Assembly (NCBI GenBank): GCA_943704425.1
Contig: CALSCP010002524.1
Span: 1-45,640 of the forward strand
Direction: 5' to 3'
Source of the DNA: Ministeria vibrans ATCC 50519
Lineage: Eukaryota > Protista > Filasterea
Length of the DNA stretch: 45,640 nt
In this document: in pieces, positions 1 through 15,730 of the stretch
How the letters are laid out: every line of letters begins with the position of its first letter
Position numbering within the stretch: the stretch's first letter is position 1
Translations under genes and position numbers: made by a program
The notes under the pieces: model-generated
Told to the model about the DNA's origin: nothing
Seen by the model: the letters and a program-made list of their open reading frames with translations, nothing else
Database searches by the model: none

Positions 1-58
1 AGGGGGGAGGGGTGGTTAAGGAGGAGGGGGGAGGGGTGGTTATTTTTTGTTTACTTAC

Positions 59-653
59 TCGGTAGTGTTGCTTGTGGGCTTCGCGGTAGGTCTGGCGGAA
101 GGTGAAGAACTCGAGCTCGGACGCGGACATGGCGGTAAGACCCTGTTCGGTCAGACGGGCCACTTGTCGCTTGAGCACCGTTCGTGGTGCCACACTCACA
201 GGCTCCTTGGTGTGCTCGTCAAGCGGATCGCACAGCACCAGCGCCGTCTTGTTCTTCCAGCTGGCAATGCGCAGACTGCTGTAGTCCGGCTCAATGACAA
301 AGTCACCAAAGCCCTTTTCCCAATTGGCGTATTTGCATCCCTTTGACGGATTCATGTCCTACAGCACAACAGAAGGGGCGGGGAGGTGAGAGGCCTGTAC
401 GGACGCCATCCAGCCTACCATGTCGACGGCCAGCAGGTAGTTGCAGCAGGCGGTGCGCGGTGATTCCTTGAAAAACGACGCAGCCATCATTTTGCCACAC
501 AGACGCCCGTAGTGGTCCGTGAATGCAAGACACACAGTCTCCACGGACCCATCGTCAATCATGCGGTCTAGTTCCGCACGTGTAAGCATTCCTTTTGCTA
601 AAAGTAGAGTTTCAGCGAGTGTGAGTTCTTTCCCAATTCATACTCTGTGCCAT
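59..653 (-). CDS. Glutamine synthetase (GSI)-like protein, GlnA4/gamma-glutamyl-amine ligase type; 5' part only, continues off the left edge
   Basis: Exons 653-644, 597-419, 358-59 with GT-AG introns of 46 and 60 nt; next donor gtaagt at 58. Spliced: MAQTKGMLTRAELDRMIDDGSVETVCLAFTDHYGRLCGK...CCNYLLAVDMDMNPSKGCKYANWEKGFGDFVIEPD...APRTVLKRQVARL...SASELEFF. D-x-x-G-R-L-x-G-K, PRxxL and ELEF are GSI-family motifs. The 10-nt first exon is less certain. Confidence 0.88.
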
Positions 654-1238
654 TGTCAATTCAAGGAAGGGTCGAGAGACAGAACGATGGCGATACACAG
701 TTGCAATAAAAGAAACAAAGAATTCTGTCATGAGTGTCATCAGTCAATAGCCAATTCACAATTTCACGTTAAATATTTTCATGACTAATAAAATAAATAA
801 ATTAAAAACATAATACAATAAAATAATTATTATAATTATTGTTAGACAGCTGTTACAGCTTGTCAGAGCCCTAAGCCTCCTCTGGGGATATGGCGTACCA
901 TTGCGATTACCTCACTGGATAGCGATTGCACTTGTGCTTTTGTTGTAGATCTGGTGACTGTAATGAATAAATGGGTTGTATTCTTCTTCTTCTTCTAATT
1001 ATTATTGATACTGGTTTTGGGGTTTTTTGGTTTCATGTGATGAAAATTATGTGCTGCGCGACCGCGTTTGCGTGGTGAGGGCAACTGGCTCATGACGGGC
1101 TACTAAACTAGTATGATCGTGTACCCCTCGTAAATATGGTTTCAAAACTTTCTTTGTCTAGTTACACTATTTATTGGACTATGAAAGACCAACACACAAA
1201 CTCACTTTGACTTGGGACACAAAACAAGGAATGATTTC

Positions 1239-2988
1239 TCACCCGGCAAAGGCACTTGCAGCGGCACGAATGAGAGAGCCGTCAGGTCCACAAGTGGCGC
1301 CCACAAGCGACTCACCACCGAGAAAGACAAAACGGTAGTGCATATAAGCAGCAACAACGACACACACGTGGAAGATCTGGTGGCCCTGGCCCACCAGGTC
1401 ACAACGTCCGGGGAACCAGCGCTCAGGGACACGCGCAGCATAAATGGTCCCACCAATGAGATAGATGGCACAGCTGATGGCCACCCACTGCATGTTCAGC
1501 GAGTCGATGAGACGGTCAAAGCCATAAAGAATGCCCGAGTGGATGACGGGAAAGATGCCCGTCGCACCCAGTGCAATGAACACGAGCAGACGCGTCGTGC
1601 GAAACTTGGGCGTGTCAAACGCAGGAATCATCGTCACCACAATGGTTGTCGTGCCAAATAGCCCCAGAAGCGAAAAGTAGATAATCTTGAGCATTCTATG
1701 TACAAAATACAATCAAAAACCAAAAAAGAAAGGTGTGAAAACGGGGAGAAGAGGGTTGTCCTTCTTTCTCTTACGTTGCGCAGTAGAAACAGTAATCGAC
1801 AACGGGCACAATTGAGGCTGATATGAGCACTGCAATTCCCGCATAATCACATCGTGATGTCACCTAAAGTCACAAACGTATTTTAATCAGAATAAATTGG
1901 TTTTTAGGGAGGGGAGGGGGAGGAGGGGGAGGGGGAGGAGGGTTGCTACCTTCAGAACATTGAGAGAATGTGCGGAACAGGTGTGAAACATGGTTGACAT
2001 GTAGAGACAGAGCATAGCACCAAAGAGGAAGACGCCCATGCACGCCTTGATTTCGAGACTGGGCGCCACAAAGTAGTGGACGTATGTGCCAATGGTGATG
2101 CCAATGAATATTAGAAATCCCAGAAAATGCGTCCAGATATTGCCCGTTTCGGTGTGCACACGGAACATGCTGAGAGCACACGCTCGCAGTGAGTGAAGCG
2201 GGGGGCGGTAGTGATCGCGGATAAAGTCGTTGTCCTGCATCCAAATGGGCAGATCTTCAAACTTGACGAGGGGAAAGCGGAAGCCATGCTTCACAGGCTC
2301 GTCGTTTGCCGCCTTGGTCGTCTCGCCAATGGCCTTGGCGGACGACGAACCAGCGCCAAGTGCTGCATCGTTCTCCTAAGAGCCCGCACAAGAAAGGCGA
2401 AGGGTGAGCGCCAAACAGACGTCAACAGACGATGGACAGAGAGTTCTCGTGGCCACACCAGTGCGCACTTTGCACAAACGACCACAGCTTGAACAAGTAG
2501 TACACGGAAATGGGGGGAAATCAGGAGAGGACAGTGTGTACAAGCGTGGAGGGAGGTCGTGCTATTTTTTGATCATCCCGAAAAGAGAGAGAAAATAGCT
2601 TCTCCAAATAAAAAAACTGAAAATATCAGGCGGGCAAGTCCCCAACACGCGCGAGTATACTTTAACAATGGTCACAAGGAAGGAGCTGGACAGCATCCGG
2701 GAGCATAATAGTGCGGCAAAGGCGGTAAAGACGGGATGCCCCAATGTCCCAGCGAATGATTCGGTTCACGGGACAACTGAAGGGTGCGCGACAGGACGCC
2801 TGGTTCTTCAGGCAGGGTGCTTGAAGTGGCCCTTCAAGGGTGCTTACCGCAAGGAGAGGGGTGCACTCAAGCGAGTTTTTGCGTTTGGTCAAAGTCGCAA
2901 CTGGCGACACGGACGCTACTCCACTAGGCGTTGCCGCCGGCTCCTCAGAATCCGATTTCAGTCGCGTTGAGCGTCTAGTGGATCGCAT
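1239..2988 (-). CDS. PAQR / adiponectin-receptor (Hly-III, IZH-like) 7TM protein, about 370 aa
   Basis: Exons 2988-2848, 2375-1950, 1863-1775, 1695-1239, all GT-AG and phase-consistent. PAQR motifs: ETGNIWTH, STMFHT, DYAGIA, PERWFPGRCDLVGQGHQIFH (Zn-binding His positions). First exon inferred from a phase-0 match. Confidence 0.92.
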
Positions 2989-3240
2989 GCTAAAAAGGAG
3001 TCGAGGAGATAAAAAAAGTTTTGAACACTCATGATCAGACTCATCAGAGCGAGAGAGAGAAGAGATCGTCTTCCTCAGTGTCAGATCATCACTCAAATCA
3101 GAATTCAAAACTCACTTGAGTCAGTCAAAAGACAAAAAAACTCAGTCAGAACAATACTTAGTCTCTGAGAACTCTCACTCAACTACTCAGGTTTAATCAG
3201 TCTCATTGCGTGTCTGAAGCTCTTCGCTCTCGCCCCGAAC
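2989..3240. promoter_or_regulatory. Divergent promoter/5'UTR region between the PAQR gene and the Kelch-EGF gene
   Basis: About 250 bp between head-to-head starts, densely packed with ACTCA/TCAG(T) motifs. A minus-strand gtgagt donor near 3115 and a tag acceptor at 2990-2992 suggest a 5'UTR intron in the PAQR gene. Confidence 0.45.
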
Positions 3241-8202
<4,962 letters not shown>

Positions 8203-8615
8203 CTCTTGTGTAAAATGAATTATAATCATACATAAATAATAATAATAATAATTTATATTATTTTCTTTTATGTGCAAAGTATTTTCCCTCGTCATTTTAA
8301 AATAATTAATATTAGTGAGTTATTGTTGACTGATGTAAATAGTGATGTTGTCATGGTGTTGTTTAAACTGATCTTCTTAAAGTAATCGGAATTATATTAT
8401 TAATTTTTCGTACGCTCGCTGTGAGAGCGTATTTGTGGGTCTATGGGCGCCCCATCTTTTTGGAGTTAGTCCGTGGCGGAAGCATTGTATTACTCTCTTT
8501 TATATGTGTATTAATATTTCTCTCTCTCTCTCTCCTTTTTGAGTAAACTTTTCGACTTCATTTATTCCTATTATTAATTTTTTCACTTTTGTTCCTTTTT
8601 ATCAGTCGCCAAATC

Positions 8616-11499
8616 ATGTCGTCTTCGCCGGAACTATGTCCCGACGAAATACCGACGCTGGTCCTCATAAGTCCTGCTGGTGTAAGCAGAGTGAAGAATA
8701 AAAATAATCTTGATATCCTCTCGTTGGTCCGCGTCCCTATCACACGCACACACGCACACGCACACACGGCATGTGATCAGGACCATCCACCGTGCTGGAT
8801 GGGTTGCCATCACGGATCGGATTTGTCTATGTCAACGCAAAAGGGTCTTTCGTCCTCAACACGATTTCGTAGGGCGACGCAACGGAGGTGTACTCGTTCC
8901 CGCTCAATCCCGAGTTTGAGTATGATCCCTTTAACGATCTTCTTGACACTATACGGTACGACAGATGGCGTTGCTTCTTCTGTTTCGTCTCCTTTGCCTT
9001 CTTTTTTTTTTTTCGTTTTTTTCACATAATAATAAACCTGTCAATCATTCTAATATTTCTGTCTCACCGCTCACCCCTTCCTCTTCGTTGTAGATGGGTT
9101 GCGAAACAAGCCGCACACGTGCCAGCGTTGCACGCGTTGAAAGTGGATTCGGTGCGGCGTGACGACTATGAGGCGCTGTGCGACTTGTGCGATGCGTTCA
9201 ACCTGGCCATTCGCCAGCACACTGCGACGACGGGCGAGGCGCCGCTGGTTCCTGGACGCATCGTGGACGGGTTTAAGGACTCGGGGTTGATTGTGCACAT
9301 TATGACGCAGGTGTACAACCGTGGCGTAAAAAACCCCAAGCTGTTGAATGGGTATCAGGCGTTCTCAAACGAGGTGTACGGCGAGTTCAACACGAACATG
9401 ATCACGGATGTGGTGCGCTCGGCAAATATCACCGAAGAAGATACATTTGTCGACTTGGGCAGCGGTGTGGGCCATGTGGTGTTGCAGATGGCGCTGCAGG
9501 CGCGCTGCAAACTTTCCTATGGCATTGAGATTCGCGATGTGCCTGCCAAGTTTGCTACGAACCTTGCTGCCGATTTTGAGCGGCGTATTGCCTGGTGGGG
9601 CTGCTACCATTCTCCGGTACGTAATATTTATTCATCTTTTATTATTATTATTATAATTATTTTGTTTTATATTGCGTTGAACCGACAATGCATGAATGAA
9701 TGAATGAATGAATGAATAATTATTAATGAATTATTTTTGGTGTATTGTAGTTTGAACTTGATCACGGAGACTTCCTGGTGGAGCAATACGACACGCTGAT
9801 TGGCGAAGCGGATGTGCTGTTGGTAAACAACTACAGTTTTAGCCCGGCACTGAATCAGAAGCTGCGACGCAAGTTCGAGGTGTTGCGCGAGGGTGCTCGG
9901 ATTATTTCATCGCATCCGTTTGGCAAGGAGAATTTCCGCATCAACACACGCAACACAAATGATTTGGCGGCCATCCTGAAGCAGAAGAAGGTCACCTTTA
10001 CAGGACAGGGTGTGTCGTGGACCGACAAGCCTTTTGATTACTATGTCGCCGTGGTGGATCGCACTGACCTGGAGCGATTCTTCTTTGGCATCACATCGCC
10101 CGTGGCAGACGCGGGCAGGTTTGCGAGCGACACGACTGTGGGTGGTGGACGGGGCGGGCGTGGTGGTGGTGGTGGTGGTGGTAGTGGTGTAAAGCGAGGT
10201 GGTGGACGCGGCGGAAAACGTGGCGGGCGTGGTGGGGGTAGGGGACGTGGGGGGCGAAAGGCTATTGCGGTTGACCACAGCGAGGGTGTCGAGAGTGCGC
10301 GCGAGGATGGCGAGGCTGAAGCGCAGGAGGAGGATGATGATGAAGGGGACGACGACGAGAGCGACACATCATTGTTGTTGAGCGACGAAGATGAGAAAAT
10401 TGAGGTGGGAGGAGAGAGTGACAGTGCGGTTGCTGGGGCTGGGCGTAAAGGAAGAGCAGCAGGAGGAGGCGTGGCTGCGAAGGAGAAAGGGTCGACACTA
10501 CCCAAGACGAAGCGGGCCGCAACGCCCATTACGGTTGCTGGCAAGGCTGGGCCACGAGGCGGTCGTGGACGCGGAGGGGAGACGGCGACCTCGAGTACGC
10601 CTAAAGGGATCTCTGAGCCGACCAAGACGACTCGTGGTCGTGGACGTGGTGGGTCGACAGGATCACCGCGAGCCACTGCATCGTCCGCGTCCAAGGCGGC
10701 GCCTAATGCGACTTCACCTGCCCAACGCAAAGGGTCGGGAGCGACACACAAAGACGAGAAGGAGAAGGGAAAGGGGGGGCGGGGTAAGGGAGGTAGTGCA
10801 ACTGCCGCAGCGACGGCAGCAGCTCATGGGGAGGCGGCCGAAACCGAGGACAACAAGGCATTGGTGGTGCGAGTGGCAGAAGAACCAAAAAGTCAGTCGG
10901 TGGCTGCTGTAGAAGCAGTTGTTGCAAGACCGCTTGCACGACCCAAATCGCCAATCACCATGACGATTGAAGCGTACATGAGTGAGCAGCAAGAGCGTCT
11001 CTTGAACTTTTTCCGGTCGCGCAAGCAACTGACGAGCGGCACAGTAGCCGGGCGGCTGCTCACACGCGAGCTCAACCGACGCCGCGTGCTCGAATGCGAA
11101 CTTGAAGAGCTCAAAGCTGAAATCCAAAGTGTGTGGGACGATGACATTCAGTACGAGTCAAAAAGCAGCATTGTAATTATCCTAATGAGTTAACAATAAT
11201 ACGTCTTTCGTCTTGATAATTTGTCGTATAGTTTGCTGAAGGAGCGTCTGGAGGTGTTTGAGGATGGCATTGAGTGTATGCGTGCGCCCGTGGAGGTAAT
11301 TCGCGAGCACAACGAGGTGTTACAGCGCGAAGTGTCGGTGATGAAGGAGGAGGCGGTGCTGTTGCGTGCGCAGTATCGCCAATTGCGCGAAATGTGCTCT
11401 GCTATTTTGGAGTTTACCGACATCAAAGACTCCACCCCAAAGGATATCATGTCGTTGTCGTCCGAAGAGCTTGAGAAGCTGGTGGGTCTCATGAGTTGA
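8616..11499 (+). CDS. DOT1: Histone H3K79 methyltransferase DOT1/DOT1L, about 779 aa
   Basis: Exons 8616-8681, 8873-8955, 9094-9616, 9751-11150, 11232-11499 (2340 nt, in frame). Motifs LNGYQAFSNEVYGE, FVDLGSGVGHVV (SAM motif I), YGIE, GDFL, VNNYSF, VSWT; followed by an RGG/acidic low-complexity region and a C-terminal coiled coil. Confidence 0.95.
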
Positions 11500-11870
11500 G
11501 CAGAAGGAGAATGAAAGAGAGAGAGAGAGAGCGAAAAGTACAAAAGAATGTAAAAACGTAAAAGTATAATAATAATAATTTTTTATGATAAAATTATGTT
11601 GTATTGCGATGCTCTTTGTTTTGTATTTAGTCTTGTTTTGCTGAGAACAGCTCTAGTCTCTCGATTCTCTATGATTGAGTACAGCTCTCGATTCTCTATT
11701 AAATTTATTCTTATTTTTCGTATTGTAATAATATTATTAACATTTTGAGTCATCAGATTATTCAGATTTGCATTCATTTATTTTGTTGACCCTCTTTGTT
11801 GGTCTCCATCCATTGCGATACATTCGCAAGACATCACTGTACATTTGCGCGTGATATATTTGAGGAACAA

Positions 11871-13375
11871 ATGACAGACCGTTCTGCGATTGTAAGATTG
11901 TGTTGTATGGGCGTTGGAGAGCACAAGAAGTGACTGGGGTCCCGGTGCATGTGTATATGCATGTGTGCTTCCCCGCTCTCTGTTTTGGGTGCACCCCTCT
12001 TTGTCGTTGAGGAGTAATTTTGTACTGAGATGGAGTTGTTCGTTGACGCAGAACGCTGCGCTCTTTGGCGACGACAACGACAGCGACGAGGCTCCAATTG
12101 CGCCTCCAGCTGCGCCTTCTGCTGATGTTGGAGCTGGGGCTGACACTGAGTCCAAGGACAGGTATCGTAGAGTAGTGAGTTGAGCGAGAAATTCAATGAT
12201 GAACTCTTTTTTTTTTTTTTTTTTTTTTTGGTTTTGCAGCAACGCCGATTTTGACGTTTCTTCATCGGACAACGACAGTGACGCAGGCGGAGACGATGGA
12301 GAGGCTGGGGTTAATGGTGATCCGGTGTTGCGTGGGGCTGTCAGCGGCAAGAAAGCGGGCGCAATGGCCGAGATATTTGGCGATGACTCGGACGAGTCGG
12401 ACGACGACAAAACGGGTTCTGGCGGGCGCAATGGGAGTGGCGGCGTGGGCGCGAGCAGTGGGGTTGACGGGGAAACGACCAGGCCGGTAAGGCATGGAGA
12501 GAGAATCGATCTGGCTCATGGGATTCAGACGCGATTCATTATTATTATATAATAATATTATTATTTTTCTTACACAATTTGTCTTGACTGTTTGACTGTG
12601 TAGGTGAGTGTGGAGAGTGTGTCGAAGCATCGTCTTGCGCCGGGCGCCAAGGCACGCGTGTTGAAACTCCCGTCGTTTCTTCACGTGGACGGCCACCTGT
12701 TTACACCGGAGGCGTTTGATGAGATTGACGGACGGGATCCGGTGCGACAGCGGATGCGACTGGAGAATACGATTCGCAATCGAAGGGTACAGCTGGCGAC
12801 GGGAGAGACGCGTGTGGAGACCAACACACGGCTGTTCCGGTTTGAAGACGGGTCGTTGGTGCTGCAGGTGGGGCGGGAGCAATTTGATGTGGAGGAGCGG
12901 CCGGTGGAGCAAGTGAACAGCTTTGTAATGAGTGTGGGCAAGAAGAAGCCAAAGGGGCACGAGAGGGGAGGAGGAGGAGGGCGTACGCTGGTTGGGGAGT
13001 GTGCTGCGGAACGCAAGTGGGTGCTGAAGCCGCGGGTTGGGGGTGGGGAGACGCACCACCGGCTGACGGCATCATTGGCGGCGCACCAGAAGAAGAAGCA
13101 GGTGCAGATGATCAATCTGCTCGAAGATCCCATGATCGAGCGGGAACGACGTATCAAGGCAGAGGACGAACGCACGCGCGCGCAAACGCGACGCGATGCC
13201 AAGAAACGCACGCGCATTGAACAGTCACTTACCAGTGATTCTCTTACGCGCGATCAGTTGGAGTCGGATGACGATAGTATGAATATATGGCAGTAGTGTG
13301 ACCCCATGTGTGTGACTAATTTTATCACTTTGTTTCTTCTTTTTTTCTCCACTCTTTCCGTGTTTGTGGTGTGTG

Positions 13376-13462
<87 letters not shown>

Positions 13463-13887
13463 CTTAGGCGGTCCCGAAGAATCAGTTTCTCGCATTAAAG
13501 CTGATTTCAACCGGTATGACCAGAATTCCTAACTGTTTGGTTTTTATTCATTTTTTTTTTAAAAATAGTGCAAAAAAGGGGAAAGGAAAGAGCCAAAGCA
13601 CACACTACAAATCAAAGGACACTGTGTCAGACGATGACGAAGATGAAGACGACGACGATGATGATGATGACATGGATGGGTTTGTGAAGGGGAGCGATGA
13701 GAGTGAGTCGGGTGAGAGTGATCACAGTGACGAGGATCAATCGTCGCATAAGCGAAAGAAACCAACAAAAGGTGTGTTTTTTTCTCTCTCTCTTTGTGTG
13801 TGTGTGTGTGTGTCTGTGTGTGTTTATTTCGTTTCGGTGTTTGTTTGTTTAGGACCTGCAAAGTCGAAGAAGCAAAAGTACGACTAA
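11871..13887 (+). CDS. LEO1: PAF1 complex subunit LEO1, about 444 aa
   Basis: Exons 11871-11891, 12052-12161, 12240-12486, 12604-13276, 13468-13513, 13569-13771, 13853-13887 (1335 nt, in frame). Acidic N-terminus with LFGDD/IFGDD; Leo1 core KLPSFLHVD..FTPEAF..LENTIR..ETNTRLFRFEDGSLVLQVGREQFDV; DPMIERERRIKAEDER coiled coil. Confidence 0.88.
13369..13460. repeat. (GT)n microsatellite in a LEO1 intron
   Basis: Directly visible dinucleotide run immediately before the acceptor at 13466-13467. Confidence 0.97.
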
Positions 13888-14174
13888 AAGAGGGCGAGCA
13901 ATGTACAAAAGACTGAAAGCATAAAGAGACAAGGCCGTATTTTTTATTATTTTATTCGAGGACACACTCCTGTCAGCCAGCGGCACACATATATACACAC
14001 ACTGTCAGCTCCGTGTGAATCACAAAAAAAGGGACGGGGAGGGGGAGGGATTGTGAAATTGATAGGCACATGATCTCTGATATTAGGATAAGTTTTTTTT
14101 TTGAAGTCAATTTTTCTGTACTATTGACAAAAGGGGGAAAAGGTGAGAGAAAGGAACAAAGAGGGGGGTCGCAC

Positions 14175-14876
14175 TCAGGCGGTGAGCACACAGGCACCAC
14201 CGGCCTTCTTGATCTTCTCCTCGGCAATGCGGCTGAAGAAGCGCGCCTTGACAATGACAGGCTGTTGCGGGATCATGCCACGGCCGAGCACCTTGAAGTA
14301 GCCGGCGCGCACGCAGTCGATGACGGGTGCCACGTCAGTCTTGTCCTTGTAGTTAGCGCGCGTCTGCTCGCTGACCAGCGACCACAGCTTGTCGAGGTTG
14401 ACCGACGGGCAGTGGTACTTGTTGCGCGTGTAGTGGAAGTGGCGCATACCGACCTTGCCAAAGTATCCAGGATGGTACTTGTCCATCAGGATCCTGTGGT
14501 GGTGCTGGCCACCGGCGTTACCGCGACCCGAGGGATGCTTGCGGTGCTTGCCAACGCTGCACACACACACGGACGCAGACAGAGAGAAAGAAAGAAAGAG
14601 AGGAAGAAAAAAGAAGAGTGAGAAATGGAACGACGATTGTTCATATCTATCGAAACACTTACCGACCGTGACCGGCACTGACGTGACCCCTGTGCTTTCG
14701 TGTCTTGGTGTTACGAGTCGGCTGTGACGAGGGAGAGAGGAGAGAGGAGAGAGAAAGACACAAGATCAGCATTGGTAAGAGATGAGGGACGCTTTGAGGA
14801 GAGAGCGCCGGCTCTTCCCAGAGATCAACAATGGACAAGAGTGCTGCGTTAGAGGTGGAAATGCAAGCCATACCAT
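14175..14876 (-). CDS. RPL27A: 60S ribosomal protein L27a (uL15), 147 aa
   Basis: Coding exons 14876-14874 (ATG only), 14721-14663, 14556-14175. Spliced: [62 protein letters not shown]...[13 protein letters not shown]. Confidence 0.98.
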
Positions 14877-15485
14877 ATCAACCTAGAGATGAGAGAGAAA
14901 GAGAGAGAGAAAAAAAAATTAAAAAAAATCGTGGCATCGTTTAGAGAGCATGAGACGCAGCGGAAGCGGGTCGAGGGCACAGCGACGAATGATCCATAAA
15001 CGAGACATGGCAAGCGGGGGCGATAGGGCGCGCGGCAGAGGCGCACGCTCGCTCACAACGCAAATCAAAAAAGACCACGGCGACTCTGTAACGCTCGAAA
15101 AAAGACACTTGGCGGACCCTATTCCCACATTGAGGGCCATCACAGGATGCCACGCCAGTGCAACGCCACGTGAGCGCTGCAGAAAGCGGCAAACGACAAA
15201 CAACAAACGACCAGAACTTTTTTTTTTTTTTTTTTTTTCAAAGTGAGAGCCACTAAAGACACTTGCGGACAACAGAGATCCATGCGCGTCTCGGGCGTGG
15301 TGTCTCGGTTCAAGGCCAGGCTGCCTCCACGCAGGGCAGGGCGGCGCAACGGCGGGAAAGGGTCTCTTGAGAAAAGCACACGCGAAAAGACGCACAAGAC
15401 ATACGACAGCGTTTCGCAGTCAGGGGGAGGGGGAGGGGACAGCCGCGCGCGCCACGCTACAGCACCAACACGCTTGCGCACTTAC

Positions 15486-15511
15486 CAAGGGACAGAAAAA
15501 AAAAGGACGAG
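15486..15511 (-). promoter_or_regulatory. Probable non-coding first exon of RPL27A with a 5' terminal oligopyrimidine (TOP)-like tract
   Basis: Minus strand ctcgtcctttttttttctgtcccttg is followed by a consensus donor gtaagt at 15485; matching polypyrimidine/tag acceptor at 14883-14885. Confidence 0.6.
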
Positions 15512-15730
15512 ATCAAAAAATTCACAATCAAATTTTGCGATGGACCAAAAATCAAAGAGCGAAAAATATATCTTTGGATAAGCGACTGAAAAGAACACAA
15601 CCGCACAGCAGCAGCACCAGACCAATAACGCTATCACGGAGAGGCATTCTTTTTTTTGTGTTTCTTAAAGGGGATTCGCAGAATATGATAACATTGTGTT
15701 GTGTGTGTGTCTTTTCATTCATTCATTGTG

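Noticed and set aside
905-935. U1 snRNA (ttacct ... attgcac)
   Set aside because: Spacing between the two motifs is far too short, and the 5' ATACTTACCTG and stem I are absent.
2515-2582. C/D-box snoRNA in the PAQR intron (minus strand ATGATCA ... CTGA)
   Set aside because: The C box deviates from RTGATGA and I could not identify an rRNA-complementary guide.
2989-2995. Spliced-leader trans-splicing inferred from AG acceptors just upstream of several ATGs
   Set aside because: Plausible cis donors exist upstream (gtgagt near 3115 for PAQR; gtaagt at 15485 for RPL27A), so ordinary 5'UTR introns explain them.
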